A stretch of 63,967 bases of DNA, the filler included, from Octopus bimaculoides (Eukaryota): assembly GCF_001194135.2 (NCBI RefSeq). It is 7 parts of 6 records of this genome, joined end to end, with 100 filler letters (N's around TTAATTAATTAA, not from the genome) between each part and the next. Parts side by side here need not be neighbours in the genome. Positions count along the whole stretch, not along the records: positions 29,913 to 39,965 come from NC_068998.1; positions 40,066 to 54,901 come from NC_068992.1; 5 more parts are not named here. One strand, given 5' to 3'. The notes under the pieces are model-generated. The model was not told where the DNA came from. It did no database searches and saw only the letters and a program-made list of their open reading frames with translations. Positions within the stretch are counted from its first letter, which is position 1; each line of letters begins with the position of its first letter. The translations under genes and the position numbers were made by a program. Of this stretch, positions 36,570-49,794 are shown one piece after another.

Positions 36570-36975
36570 AAAACCCATAATGAGGTAGAGGCCATTACCA
36601 CTCACAATATGAAAGAGTATTGGTGGAATGTCCCAATAAAAACCTCAATAAAATGCAGACATAATAGACCGATATAGTAATCTGGGACAGAGAAGAGAGA
36701 CTGTGTACAGTAGTAGAAATCAGCTGTCCTGCGGATGTCAACATCATGCTAAAGATTAGAGAAAAAGAGAACAACTACGCCGAGCTACTGAGAAATTTGC
36801 AGATACTCCACCCAGACTACAATTTCAGATTCATACCCGTGATTGTTGGGGCATTGGGATATGTAACGAACTGCCTCAACAAAAACCTGGAAAAATTAGG
36901 GTTCTCAAAACCTGAAAGAAAAAGGCTGATTAGAAGACTACAGATTCAAGCCATCAATGGAACTGTAAAGATATG
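36570..36975 (+). mobile_element. 3' end of a second RLE-type non-LTR retrotransposon
   Basis: WWNVPIKT...HNRPDIVIWD...VVEISCP...EKENNYAELL...IPVIVGALG...KICKTF (PD-(D/E)xK nuclease). Confidence 0.85.
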
Positions 36976-37715
36976 TAAAACTTTCCAAAAATTTAGCACA
37001 TAAATACATATGCATGCATCTAGACATGACAAAATATGCATAAAAACGCATCCATAAAACAAACATACAAATCTGTGCATAAATACATATGCATACGCCA
37101 TGACATGAAAATATATACATAAAAACGCATCCATAAAACAAACATACAAATCTGCGCATACACTAACACCAAATACTGCACACACACACACACACATGCA
37201 CAAATACCTAGATGATGTTGATAAAAGTTCCTTGAATCTATGTTTGAGTCCGGCTCTTTCTCTATGGACAAGAAATACAGAAATGAAACTGATTGATAAC
37301 ATACATACATATGCACATACAGTTTGTAAATCCAAAAACAGAGTACATACCAACTTGTTTGAAGTAAAGTAGGGCTGAACTTCGAATCATGGGGAAAGAA
37401 TGCAAATCCTTAATTCAAAAGCTACAAATGGTCACGATTATTTGGGACTATAAAAATCTGCAAAACCTTAAAATTCAAAGTATGGTGGTTAAAATAAGAT
37501 ACTTTCCTTCACAACCTTGTTACCAAGTAGGTGTGATCCAAATTTACTTTAAATTTTTAAAACAGAAAGAGAAAATACATACATACATACATACATACAT
37601 ACATACATTCGTATATGCATACATGCTTAAAGGCATGTCAACTTTGAATGATTCCTGATGTCTCCCCTTTTCATATGGACCTAGTTTTAATTACCAATAA
37701 TTATGACTCAGCCTT

Positions 37716-37925
37716 TAAGGCGGTGAGCTGGCAGAATCGTTACTGTGCCGGGCAAAATGCTTAGTGGCATTTCACCCATCTTTACATTCTCACTTCAAAT
37801 GCCGTCGGAGCTGACTTTGCCTTTCATTCTTTCGGGGTCGATAAAATAAGTACCTTTTGAGCACTGCAGTTAATGTAATCGACTTAACCCCTACCCTGAA
37901 TTTGCTGGCCTTGTACCAAACATTG
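37716..37925 (+). mobile_element. SINE-like family A
   Basis: Family A consensus. Confidence 0.78.
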
Positions 37926-38035
37926 CAAACCAGCAATTATAGCACAGCCTCTAGTGGCAGAGATAATTTTAATAAATCATGAATCTGTTTTGTATGGTAT
38001 TTGACATATCTATATTAGACAATATTGTTCATATA

Positions 38036-39313
38036 TTAGGCCGGCAAGTATGAAATTTGCAGAAAAGAAAAAAAAAGTTTGCTAATGTTTTATAAATAGA
38101 AGGAATAGTTTTATTCATCAAAGTATGCACCCATATTGTCAATACACTTTTGCCATTTCAGCGGTAGCTTGTCCAGCCCAGAACTGTAAAAGCCTGGCAA
38201 TTTAGAGTCAATAAAATCTTGGAAGGCCTGTTTTAGAACATCGTCGGAATTAAAATTTTCTTATCAAAAGTTATCCAAATTCTGGAAGAAGGGGTAGTCA
38301 GTGGGGACAAGATCAGGTGAGTATGGTGGATGATGGAGAACTTCCAACTTGAACTCCTGTAGTTTCGGCAATGTCATGTTTGCGTTGTACGGTCTGGCGT
38401 TGTCTTGCAATAAAATAGGAGTTGATCTGTTGATTAGTCTAGGCTGTTTTTTTTTGTTTTTTTTTTTGTAAGTTTCTGCATCATTTGATCCAGTTGACTG
38501 CAGTGTACTTCGGCCGTGATTGATGAGCCAGGTTTAATGAAATCATAATGGATCACACCTGCACCAGACCACCAAACACACACCATCAGCTTCTTTTGAT
38601 GAATTTTGCTTTTTGGACTGTGCTTTGGTGGCTCGTCTTTGTCCAGCCATTGTGCTGAACGTTTACGGTTGTTGTATTGGATCCATTTCTCATCACATGT
38701 TACAATTCGATTAAACAATTATTCATTTTTGTGACAAGAAAGTAGTATAATGCAGGCTTTCAAACGTTGCTGTTTCTGATTTTCATTGAGTTCATCCAAC
38801 TTCTTCACTTTACCAATTTGAACTAAGTGAGTCAATATTGTTTGCTTGCTAACACCAAACAACAACGATAATTCACGGGCACTTTGAGATGGATCTGACT
38901 TGACGAACTTTCAGTTCGTCATTATCCACCCTTGTTTCTGGTCGACTGCGTTGCTCATTTGCGAGGTCAAAGTTACCGGAACGAAATTTTGCAAACCAAT
39001 TTGATACTGTCTACTGTATAATAACATTAGGATGAAATACTCCATTAATATTCCGAGCTGCCTGTGATGCTGTATTTCCAAGAAAGAACTCATATTTCAA
39101 AACTGTACGAATTTCCGATTTACCCATCTCAAAACAAAGACAGCAAAAAACGATTTATAAATACTTTATAAAGCGCAAAATGAGTTAGAATAAAGAAATA
39201 GATGTGTCAGCTTTCTAACAAACAATGTTCTCAAAATATAATAGTAGCGCAAAATAAAAAGCTGTCAAAGTTTACCATATACCTTACTACAAATTTCATA
39301 CTTGACGACCTAA
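38036..39313 (-). mobile_element. Full-length decayed mariner, same family as 18517-19838
   Basis: TA|TTAGGCCGGCAAGTATGAAATTTG...AAATTTCATACTTGACGACCTAA|TA; IVTCDEKWIQYNN. Confidence 0.95.
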
Positions 39314-39915
39314 TACATTCCACTGGCCTATCTAAAACATCAGAAATTCTTCAAAGTTGACATGCCTTTGAACGTGTATGCATATACGTATGTATGTATG
39401 TATGTATGTATGTATGTATGTATGTACTTTTCTATCTCTTTTAAAAATTTAGAGTAAATTTTGACCGGCCACCTGCTTGGTAGGTTGCGAAGGAAAGTAT
39501 CTTATTTTAACCACCATCCTTTAAGTCTTAAGAAGGTCTAGCAAATTTTTATAGTCCCAAATATTGCGACCATTTCTAACTTTCGAATTAATTATGTAGG
39601 TATATGTCTGTCCGAGTGTCTGTTTTGTCTCATTTTATTTAATTATAATTTCATTGTTTGTACATCTACGCGTTCCTTTTTATTGTCCATGATGCCAGTC
39701 TTAATCAAACTTCTTTACTTTGATTTTTTTTCCTTTTCTTCGTCCCTTTTACCAAATCTCCACGGAATAAATTGCTAAACCAACCGTATCCACTGATTTG
39801 TGGATACCGTTCATACAGTACATTTACCTTCAAATCTCTTAACTTTACAGCAATGTGTTAGTAATACACAGAACGTTACCTGATATAAACATGGATATAG
39901 ACACTATACACATGT

Positions 39916-39965
<50 letters not shown>

Positions 39966-40658
39966 NNNNNNNNNNNNNNNNNNNNNNNNNNNNNNNNNNN
40001 NNNNNNNNNTTAATTAATTAANNNNNNNNNNNNNNNNNNNNNNNNNNNNNNNNNNNNNNNNNNNNTATATATATATATATATATATTTGTCCATGTCAAT
40101 ATAGAATTGTCCTTCGCACGACACCCGATGCTGGTGTGTTTATGTCCCTATAATATTGTGGTTCGGCAAAAGGAAACGATCGAAATAAGTACTATGCTGA
40201 CAAATAATAAGTTCTGGAGTCGATTTCTTCGACTAAAGGCCTTTAAGGCGGTGTTCCAGCATGGGGGACGACTATGATATTTTTCGGAAAAGAAATATAA
40301 AACGAACAGAAACACCATCAAGACTCTCATCAGGTGTCCACTAAACCTCATGAAAGTTTCGATACTTTCCTACAATTTGTTCAATTTAGCGGTGACAGCA
40401 GCATAAGCTACTGCAGTATATTCGGACTGGATAGACGGATAATCTCTTATCTATTATTTTTTACTTGTTTCAGTATTTTAAATGTGGCCATGCTGGGGTA
40501 CTGTCTGGTGAAATTACAGTCGAATGAATCTAACCTAGTACTTAGTTTTAAATAAATTGTTACTTATTCTAACAGACTATTTAACTGAATCGCCAAATTT
40601 AGGGGACGTAAACATTTAAACATTGGTTCTGAAGTTGTGGTGGGGGACGGACAAGCAT

Positions 40659-40747
<89 letters not shown>

Positions 40748-42705
40748 CACATGCACGCGCACATACACACATAGATACAGGCACATACAACCACACGCAT
40801 GTATATACGACAGTTTTCTTTCAGTTTTCGTGTAGCAAATCGCCTCACATGCCATTGATTTGGTTGGTGCTATAATAGAAGATTCTAGGCCAAGTTACCA
40901 CGGAGTGGGACTGACTCCGGAATATTGTGATTAGGAAGCATACTTCTTACCACACGATTGCGCTTGCTCCATTAATAATGCTTGTGCCTGTGGCCACGCT
41001 TGCAGAAAGAAAGGAAAAATGGTGAGAAAGAACAGTAACAGAATATGCTCTTTAAGTGAGTTATGGGGAGGACGAGAGAAGGGGAACGAAACAGGTATAT
41101 AGCCAAGGATAGTAATAACAAAAATCGTGTCTGTGAAATGAGCAGTAAATAAAAACGAGTTGTGAAGAGAACGGGCAAATAGAAAACGAGACAAACGAAT
41201 ATGCGTTTGCATAAAATGTCTTCCGACTTGCCGACGTAATGAAAACATGTGTGAAGTAACATTAATAGGAAGTTAGTGTGCATTTCAGGCTTAAGGAGAC
41301 AAAATTAGAATTAGATAAAGAGTTATTTGGAAAAGAAGGAGTTGATCAGTTGAAAAGTCATTCCAAAACAGAATGATTAGCATGCGAAACAGGAAGTGGA
41401 AGATATTGTGTTGTCTTCTTTAAGGAGAAAAATGAAAGCCTTCAGACGATTTGAGAGGAAGAGAGAGAGAGAGAGAGAGAGGGGGTTAGAAAAAGAGAGA
41501 GAAAGTGAATGGGGAGGAATCTGTTGCACAGACAATTAAAAGTGTGTATGAAGGAAAGAATCGAAGAAATCGATACTAAAATAGAGTGATACATGGATTG
41601 GCAGATGGGCATAAAAAGACTGAAGAATGATAGAGGGATAGCAAAAAAAAAGGTAGAGATGAAGGCATACGATGAAAGAAAGTTATGTAAACAGAGAAAG
41701 CGATAAAAGATCGGTATTAAGAGAAGAGGTTAGAAAGGTTGGCAGACAGGGAAAGCAATAGAAAGGTAATTACTTCTTGTTTTGTTTAATCTTTTTTGTT
41801 TCTCAAAGAGCAACAATATTTTATTTTAAGGTCTGAATGATTACTTGGAAATACGCGGCACGCTATACAGGGCTGTCTGTCCATCTTGTTTTTGAAAGGC
41901 ATGAATAGTAGCACGAACGTAAACCCTTTGTTTATATATATATATATATNNNNNNNNNNNNNNNNNNNNNNNNNNNNNNNNNNNNNNNNNNNNNNNNNNN
42001 NNNNNNNNNNNNNNNNNNNNNNNNNNNNNNNNNNNNNNNNNNNNNNNNNNNNNNNNNNNNNNNNNNNNNNNNNNNNNNNNNNNNNNNNNNNNNNNNNNNN
42101 NNNNNNNNNNNNNNNNNNNNNNNNNNNNNNNNNNNNNNNNNNNNNNNNNNNNNNNNNNNNNNNNNNNNNNNNNNNNNNNNNNNNNNNNNNNNNNNNNNNN
42201 NNNNNNNNNNNNNNNNNNNNNNNNNNNNNNNNNNNNNNNNNNNNNNNNNNNNNNNNNNNNNNNNNNNNNNNNNNNNNNNNNNNNNNNNNNNNNNNNNNNN
42301 NNNNNNNNNNNNNNNNNNNNNNNNNNNNNNNNNNNNNNNNNNNNNNNNNNNNNNNNNNNNNNNNNNNNNNNNNNNNNNNNNNNNNNNNNNNNNNNNNNNN
42401 NNNNNNNNNNNNNNNNNNNNNNNNNNNNNNNNNNNNNNNNNNNNNNNNNNNNNNNNNNNNNNNNNNNNNNNNNNNNNNNNNNNNNNNNNNNNNNNNNNNN
42501 NNNNNNNNNNNNNNNNNNNNNNNNNNNNNNNNNNNNNNNNNNNNNNNNNNNNNNNNNNNNNNNNNNNNNNNNNNNNNNNNNNNNNNNNNNNNNNNNNNNN
42601 NNNNNNNNNNNNNNNNNNNTATGTATGTATGTATGTATGTATGTATGTATGTATGTATGTATGTATGTATGTATGTATGTATGTATGTATGTATAGGTGC
42701 AGGGG

Positions 42706-42890
42706 CGTGGGTGTATGGTAAGAAACTGGCTTCCCAACCATTTGACAACCGATCTTGGTGTGTTTACGTCCCCGGAACTTAGCAAAAAGAGACCGATAGA
42801 ATAAGTAGTAGACTTACAAAGAATAAATCTTGGGGTCGAGGCAGTACTGAAGCATGGCCGCAGTCACATGACTGAAACAAGTAAAAGAAT
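42706..42890 (+). mobile_element. SINE-like family C; related copies at about 4735-4850(-), 40860-40945(-) and 54712-54860(+)
   Basis: TGGTAAGAA..GCTTCCCAACCA head and related downstream segments. Confidence 0.6.
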
Positions 42891-42903
42891 AAAAGAATAT
42901 GTA

Positions 42904-42937
<34 letters not shown>

Positions 42938-43865
42938 NNNNNNNNNNNNNNNNNNNNNNNNNNNNNNNNNNNNNNNNNNNNNNNNNNNNNNNNNNNNNNN
43001 NNNNNNNNNNNNNNNNNNNNNNNNNNNNNNNNNNNNNNNNNNNNNNNNNNNNNNNNNNNNNNNNNNNNNNNNNNNNNNNNNNNNNNNNNNNNNNNNNNNN
43101 NNNNNNNNNNNNNNNNNNNNNNNNNNNNNNNNNNNNNNNNNNNNNNNNNNNNNNNNNNNNNNNNNNNNNNNNNNNNNNNNNNNNNNNNNNNNNNNNNNNN
43201 NNNNNNNNNNNNNNNNNNNNNNNNNNNNNNNNNNNNNNNNNNNNNNNNNNNNNNNNNNNNNNNNNNNNNNNNNNNNNNNNNNNNNNNNNNNNNNNNNNNN
43301 NNNNNNNNNNNNNNNNNNNNNNNNNNNNNNNNNNNNNNNNNNNNNNNNNNNNNNNNNNNNNNNNNNNNNNNNNNNNNNNNNNNNNNNNNNNNNNNNNNNN
43401 NNNNNNNNNNNNNNNNNNNNNNNNNNNNNNNNNNNNNNNNNNNNNNNNNNNNNNNNNNNNNNNNNNNNNNNNNNNNNNNNNNNNNNNNNNNNNNNNNNNN
43501 NNNNNNNNNNNNNNNNNNNNNNNNNNNNNNNNNNNNNNNNNNNNNNNNNNNNNNNNNNNNNNNNNNNNNNNNNNNNNNNNNNNNNNNNNNNNNNNNNNNN
43601 NNNNNNNNNNNNNNNNNNNNNNNNNNNNNNNNNNNNNNNNNNNNNNNNNNNNNNNNNNNNNNNNNNNNNNNNNNNNNNNNNNNNNNNNNNNNNNNNNNNN
43701 NNNNNNNNNNNNNNNNNNNNNNNNNNNNNNNNNNNNNNNNNNNNNNNNNNNNNNNNCAGTTATGCACTGGGATGATGTAATCGACTAGCTCCCTCTGCTA
43801 AAATTTCAGGCCTTCTGCCTATCATAGAAAAGAATAGTTTTAAATCTTTCAAATAAGTAAAATCA

Positions 43866-43896
<31 letters not shown>

Positions 43897-45261
43897 TGTG
43901 TGTGTGTGCATAGATACACCAAAATGTATGTACATGTCCGTGTGTGCATATACACATAGCCACAGGGAAGTAATGATATGTGAAAAAATTTCTTTGAAAC
44001 TATTCACGAACACAAATTAACGCCGTAAGTACTGTTTTACTGTTTCGGTGCTTTTTTATGGAATGAATGTATGGAAAAAATATCACATATATATACTTGC
44101 CAAAACTCGTAGCTCTAAAAACTTTAGTTCTCCTTCATTATCCTATTGTGTATTTTGAATAGAATTGTCATAGATTTGCACGAATTGTAAATTATAACGT
44201 GCTTATCTATCTATCTATCTATCTATCTATTAGTATATCTCCTTGATGACTAACTATCAAATCAATGTATCTATAAATTAATGATAAAGAACGCATGAGA
44301 CGAGTGTTAGTAGTAACATGAGACAGTTTTATTTAGTAACAAAGGATTGAATGTGTAACATATCTCAAGGAACTGTCTGGGAAAATCGTATCCTAAACTA
44401 AAATACCTGTCTGTGTAACTTCTTGCACTAAAGTTAATAAAGTAGCTATCCTTACGATTCGCCAGGCAATAAATTTTCGTCATGGCAGCTATAGACTCAT
44501 CTGTGATCTGGAAATGCTTATGCGAGCATTCGTTCTCTCAAAAATAACGTTAGTAAACAGATTATGAATACATATATAATCGTGGAAATTAGAGAGAGAG
44601 GGAGAGAGGAAGACAGAAAAATAGAGACAGAGAGAGAAAGCAAGACAGATAGAGAATGAGAAACATGATAGTGAGAATGTGCATGAGTTAGAGAGTGTGT
44701 CGGCGAGGAATTATTGAAATTCTAAGAGAAAGAGAGAGAGAGAGAGGGGGGGGGGAGGAAGTGAAAGGAAAAGTGTGATAAAGTTTAATCGTGTGATAGA
44801 TTATGTAAATGTATGAAAAGGGAAGAGATTGCGTACGATATAAAGTTTGTGCTGTGTGTATGAGACAGGGTGTTTTTTTCTGAACCGTTTTTACAGGGAA
44901 CATAGTCAATGTTGATAACCCTTTATTTTATTTTCAGGCCGTCTGAGATTTAAGAGTCAGGTTTTCTCAATACACAGGCTTGATCTGATTGTAATTTCGT
45001 GTACCTAATTTAATAATAAAATAAAGCCGTAACATATGTCGGTAACTGTCTAGCCTGGAATGCTAATAATTCCGGAAATGTAACCATTCTGGATTGGCCT
45101 TGGACATTATTATATCGCCTTCAGGAGGATGAAAAGTAAAGATGACTTACATCGAGTTTGAACTCAGAAGCCAGTAATCGGTGACAGAAACCATTTGGCA
45201 TTTCGTCCTCGTTTCTACGATGCTAATAGTTCACTATGAGCATGTGCCTGTGAGTTTGTGT

Positions 45262-45659
45262 GTTGTTGTTCTTGTTGTTGTTGTTGGCACTCCGTCGCAT
45301 ACGACGTCGAGGGTTCCAGTCGATTCGATCAACGGAACAACCTGCTCGTGAAATTAACGTGCAAGTGGCTGAGCACTCCACAGACACGTGTACCCTTAAC
45401 TAGTTCTCGGGGATATTCAGCGTGATACAGTGTGACAAGGCTGACCCCTTGAATTACAGGCACAACAGAAACCGGAAGTAAGAGTGAGAGAAAGTTGTGG
45501 TGAAAGAGTACATCAGGGTTCGCCACCATCCCCTGCCAGAGCCTCGTGGGGCTTTAGGTGTTTTCACTCAATAAACACTCACAACGCAGGTCTGGGAATC
45601 GAAACCGCGATCCAATGACCGCGAGTCCGCTTCCCTAACCACTGGGCCATTGCGCCTCC
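45262..45659 (-). mobile_element. tRNA-derived SINE, family B, full length; partial copies at 5525-5576(-) and 50062-50237(-)
   Basis: Head GGAGGCGCAATGGCCCAGTGG (A box)...GGTTTCGATTCC (B box); (AAC)n tail. Confidence 0.85.
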
Positions 45660-46160
45660 ATGAGTTTGTGTGTATGTATGTGTAAACATGCCCCCCCAAA
45701 AAGATGATAAAATTAGAGGGTATGTGTGTAAGGGATTAGGTAGTGGTTGTAGTAGTAATAGTAGTAATACTAGAGATTGTGTGAGAGCGCAAGGCCCAGT
45801 AGTGTGTGTCGCGCTTACGATCTCACGATCGTAGTTTCAATTCCTAGGCCGGGTGCTACGTTGTGTTCTTGAGCAAAACACTTCATCTGACGTTGCTATA
45901 CAATCACTTTGACACTTGCTGTGTGATACACCGTAGATTTTTCAGGCAACCGCGATTTGATGGAGACAGCGAGCTAAAGACACACATTTCATCCCTATAA
46001 ACAAATCCTTTGTGCAGGTTCTTCAACAAGAGATTGCAAAATCCTCTTTTACGGGGACTACGAGACACTACCATCAATAGTTATTGCAATGGTGATAGTA
46101 CCAATTATAATAGTTTTAGTAGCATCGAGAGGAGCCCCGTCACATAGTTAGCATAGTTAG

Positions 46161-46740
46161 CAGTTTCGCACCTCTTTTTTTTTTCGAAAATTTTTTTCGG
46201 ATTCCTACGTTTTAGATATCGGAGATTACGAATATGCAAAAAAAAGACAATGAATAAATAAATAAATTTCAACCCCCACCAACCTCTTCCCCCACGCAAT
46301 TTAAACTTTTGATTTTGTTTACTTTAAAGAGATCGTAGCAAATTGACGAACATACACAAATCGAAATTAAATACAGGCAAAAATAAAAATTAAAGTGAAA
46401 AGAATTTGTGTTTTACTTGTGTTTGCCTTAAATAATCATAAATAACAATTTAATGTAAATTAAATATACACCATTTTATGAGAAACAAACATAAATGTTT
46501 AATAATTAATGTTATAAAGCTTAATAAAGGGTTCAAATTTCATCCCCTTGCCCAATTTTAAATTTTGAACTTTTTCATCCATTTATTTATTTATCTGTCT
46601 ATCTATTTATCCCTGTCCGTTTATTCATAAAAGACAATTTTTTTTCTTTTGAATATTCGTAATCTCCGCCATTTAAAATGTAGGAATCCGACAAAAATGT
46701 TTTCAAAACAAACCATTTTTCGAGGAGAGGTGCGAAACTG
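46161..46740. mobile_element. Inverted-repeat (MITE-like) element
   Basis: CAGTTTCGCACCTCT...CGGATTCCTAC...CGGAGATTACGAATAT mirrored at about 46645-46740. Confidence 0.75.
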
Positions 46741-47303
46741 CATTAGCCCCAATATATGTATAGTTGGGCATGTGATCTTTATTTTAAATGTGTTGGTGTC
46801 AGTGTGGATCAATGTATGGCAGGATACATTAATAAGGCACTCAATACGCAATATTATAATTGATTTTTGAAGCAGATATAATATAATTTGGGGTATTATT
46901 TCTACATTTGATTATTTATTTTTAGGTAATATTTCAATGTCTAGTTTTTTTATTTTCTTTATTGTCTGTGAGTCTATTACTTTGATATCCTGACAATAAA
47001 CGAGACAAAATCAGACAAGGATAAACAAAATGTGCAGTGAAAGTAGGTCTAATTCTGTTGCATGAATTACTTCTCGATAATACGTATAAAAAATCCTGGC
47101 AAACATACATACCACATCGAAGTAAACACATATAATAATTGTGTAGATGGTCATATCTCCAGATAAGCTATTACAGTAATTGCTTTCAAAATATAGACAA
47201 ATACGCAGTCAGACACACAAAATTATATATCTAGATATCAATTCAAGCGTGCATGTATTAATGTACATATGTGCGGTATGTAAGCATTAGGATTTATTAA
47301 CAC

Positions 47304-47346
<43 letters not shown>

Positions 47347-48424
47347 NNNNNNNNNNNNNNNNNNNNNNNNNNNNNNNNNNNNNNNNNNNNNNNNNNNNNN
47401 NNNNNNNNNNNNNNNNTATATATTATAGATCGATAGATAGGTAGATAGATAGATATAGACAACTATGTAGATATCAATAACTGTAAACAGATGTATGCAT
47501 GTGCATTGACTTCAGTATTTTAGTAAATCATACTACTTCTATGTCACATTATATGATATGTATTCACTGACTGTATTAATTTGATTGGCTGTTCGGGCTG
47601 ACTGTCATTAAATGAACTGTAGAACAAATATTTCAACCAAACAATATCATTCTCTCAGAAGCGCAAAGCAAAACCCTCTACCTCTCCGTCATTGAGTTAA
47701 TTGTATTATTCCATATAATGGTCAGGTGTAACTTCGCAAATTAAACTCTTTGGTACATAATTTAGTACTAATATTTGTAATGCATGGGGTATTGATACGC
47801 TAACTAGAAATATAAATATACAGTGAAAGAGAAATGAACATAACTTAATAGTTATTATTAGAAGCATTTTCTAACTTGCCTTCAGCGAGACACTCTATTT
47901 TACGTTGCTTCAGTTCACTTATCTGGTAAAACTCTAGTAACTCTATCTCAAAGAACTAACCTTGTCCCAATCTGTGACACGCTGAGCAATACGTTAAAAG
48001 TATGTGTGTTAAAGGTATGTATGTCTGTGGAGTGCTCAGCCAGTTGCACGTTAATTTCATGAACAGGCTGTTTTGGTGATCTGATGAAATGGCACACCGA
48101 CGGAGTGCTAGATTTACGACCCAGTCCTAAGAAATTATTATCCGGAAGGAGGTAGAACGTCTATCAGAACATAAATGAAAACTAGTAACATTGATGGGTT
48201 TGAAGATTTAGAAATGTTAGTATGAAAGTGATAGTCTTGTTAAACAGTATCCAAATTTAATTTTGATAGTCTTGTAAAACTGACGACCCAAATTTAATGA
48301 TTATCCCTGTTCAGCATGATGTGAGGACAAAAACCTCAAAGAACTCAAGTAAATGATGCGGTTAAACGTCACGGATACAAACTGTGCAGATCCCATCAAC
48401 GATTTCGTGGCCGACTCTCTTGGA

Positions 48425-48520
48425 CCCCCGCCCCGCTTACTGCTAAACCCTTTCACTGATTGGTTTAGCGTTTCTTGTGTCCCAATAGGATCGAGGCAAG
48501 CGAAACGCATTTATAAACGC
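48425..48520 (+). promoter_or_regulatory. Candidate Pol II promoter
   Basis: GC box CCCCCGCCCCGC at 48425, CCAAT boxes at 48459 (reverse) and 48482, TATAAA at 48512-48517, in the classical order; motif evidence only. Confidence 0.4.
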
Positions 48521-49748
48521 ATGAATTATGTCATCTTGGATCGTTGTCACCTGAAGTATACTGTGTGATCGTTTGCTGCAGTACAATGGTATAATGAATA
48601 CTAACGTGCACGATGCAAATGAACTTGAGCAAGAACATGAAATACATGCCATCATTTGCGTTCGCTCACAATAACGTCATGTGAGACCCGTAACACATCA
48701 TACATAATGCGCTTTCATTTCAGTAAGTCAACGCTTTCAGTACCTGTCCGCTCATTTCACACAATATTCTCTTTAAATCAGTGTTTCTTAGCCTTATTTT
48801 TTTCTTTTTCAAATAGTTGTTATGCCTAGTGCCCACGTAAGTGGCAAGTGAGGTATCACGAATAATCTAACTTAACACGGATGATAATTTATAAAGTTTT
48901 TTAAAAAATGGTTGTAGAACCTTTTAAAAGTGAAATGATAAAAAATTCAATACAGACGAAAGTTGTAAATTCACTTTATACATTGCAATTTAATAACTTC
49001 TTTTTTCCCCGGTGAGATGTAGCAACATTTTCTATAACAGGTCGAGATAAGAAATGTGTTGCTAGAAATAGCAGTTCACTTCTTATCTTTCATTTCATTT
49101 TAATAACCATTACTCGTTTTATCATGTATTCATATAATTACAACTACAGGTATTATGTTATTTATGTAATCTCACCACTCCTCACCGCCTCCTAAACTCT
49201 AACGCTTAGCGTCCCCTTGGCGGTTGTACAGTACACGCTGAGAGCCTAAGAGCCTCTGATTTACACAATCATCCATTAATAATATTGCACTAATACGAAA
49301 GACGCTAAACAGATTCAACCATGTATAATATATAAAACAAACCTAGACATTACACACTCTACATTATTCCTATCATATAAAAGAACATTACTCATACTCA
49401 TACATAATTAATACACGATACAATGATACACTGGCAACAAATGAGTTCACATTCCATACCATTGCCGCAGAGAAATATAATAATCCATGTAATATTCAGA
49501 GCACGTACTTTAGACGAGTAAAACTAGACAGCGAAACACGAAGTATAAGAGACAAAATCTCCCGCAACAAAAAATTAGAATTCACATGGTTCGTTTGCTA
49601 CTGAACAACCAATTAAAAAAAAAAACCCCAAGAATCACCGTTAAAAACAGTTAAAAAATAAACCAGTGTATTACAACAAATGTATCATACAAACAAAACT
49701 CAAAACTCAACAGTCCTGAAAGTAAATATTACAGTCACCCACACACAC

Positions 49749-49794
<46 letters not shown>

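Larger units (their letters stand above)
37410..39591. mobile_element. Foldback element with about 250-bp inverted arms enclosing a SINE and a mariner
   Basis: 37410-37660 is a diverged reverse complement of 39338-39591, including the (CATA)n/(TATG)n tract. Confidence 0.75.

Noticed and set aside
45590-45659. tRNA-like sequence with A and B boxes
   Set aside because: It continues into a SINE body and (AAC)n tail and has dispersed partial copies; not a tRNA gene.
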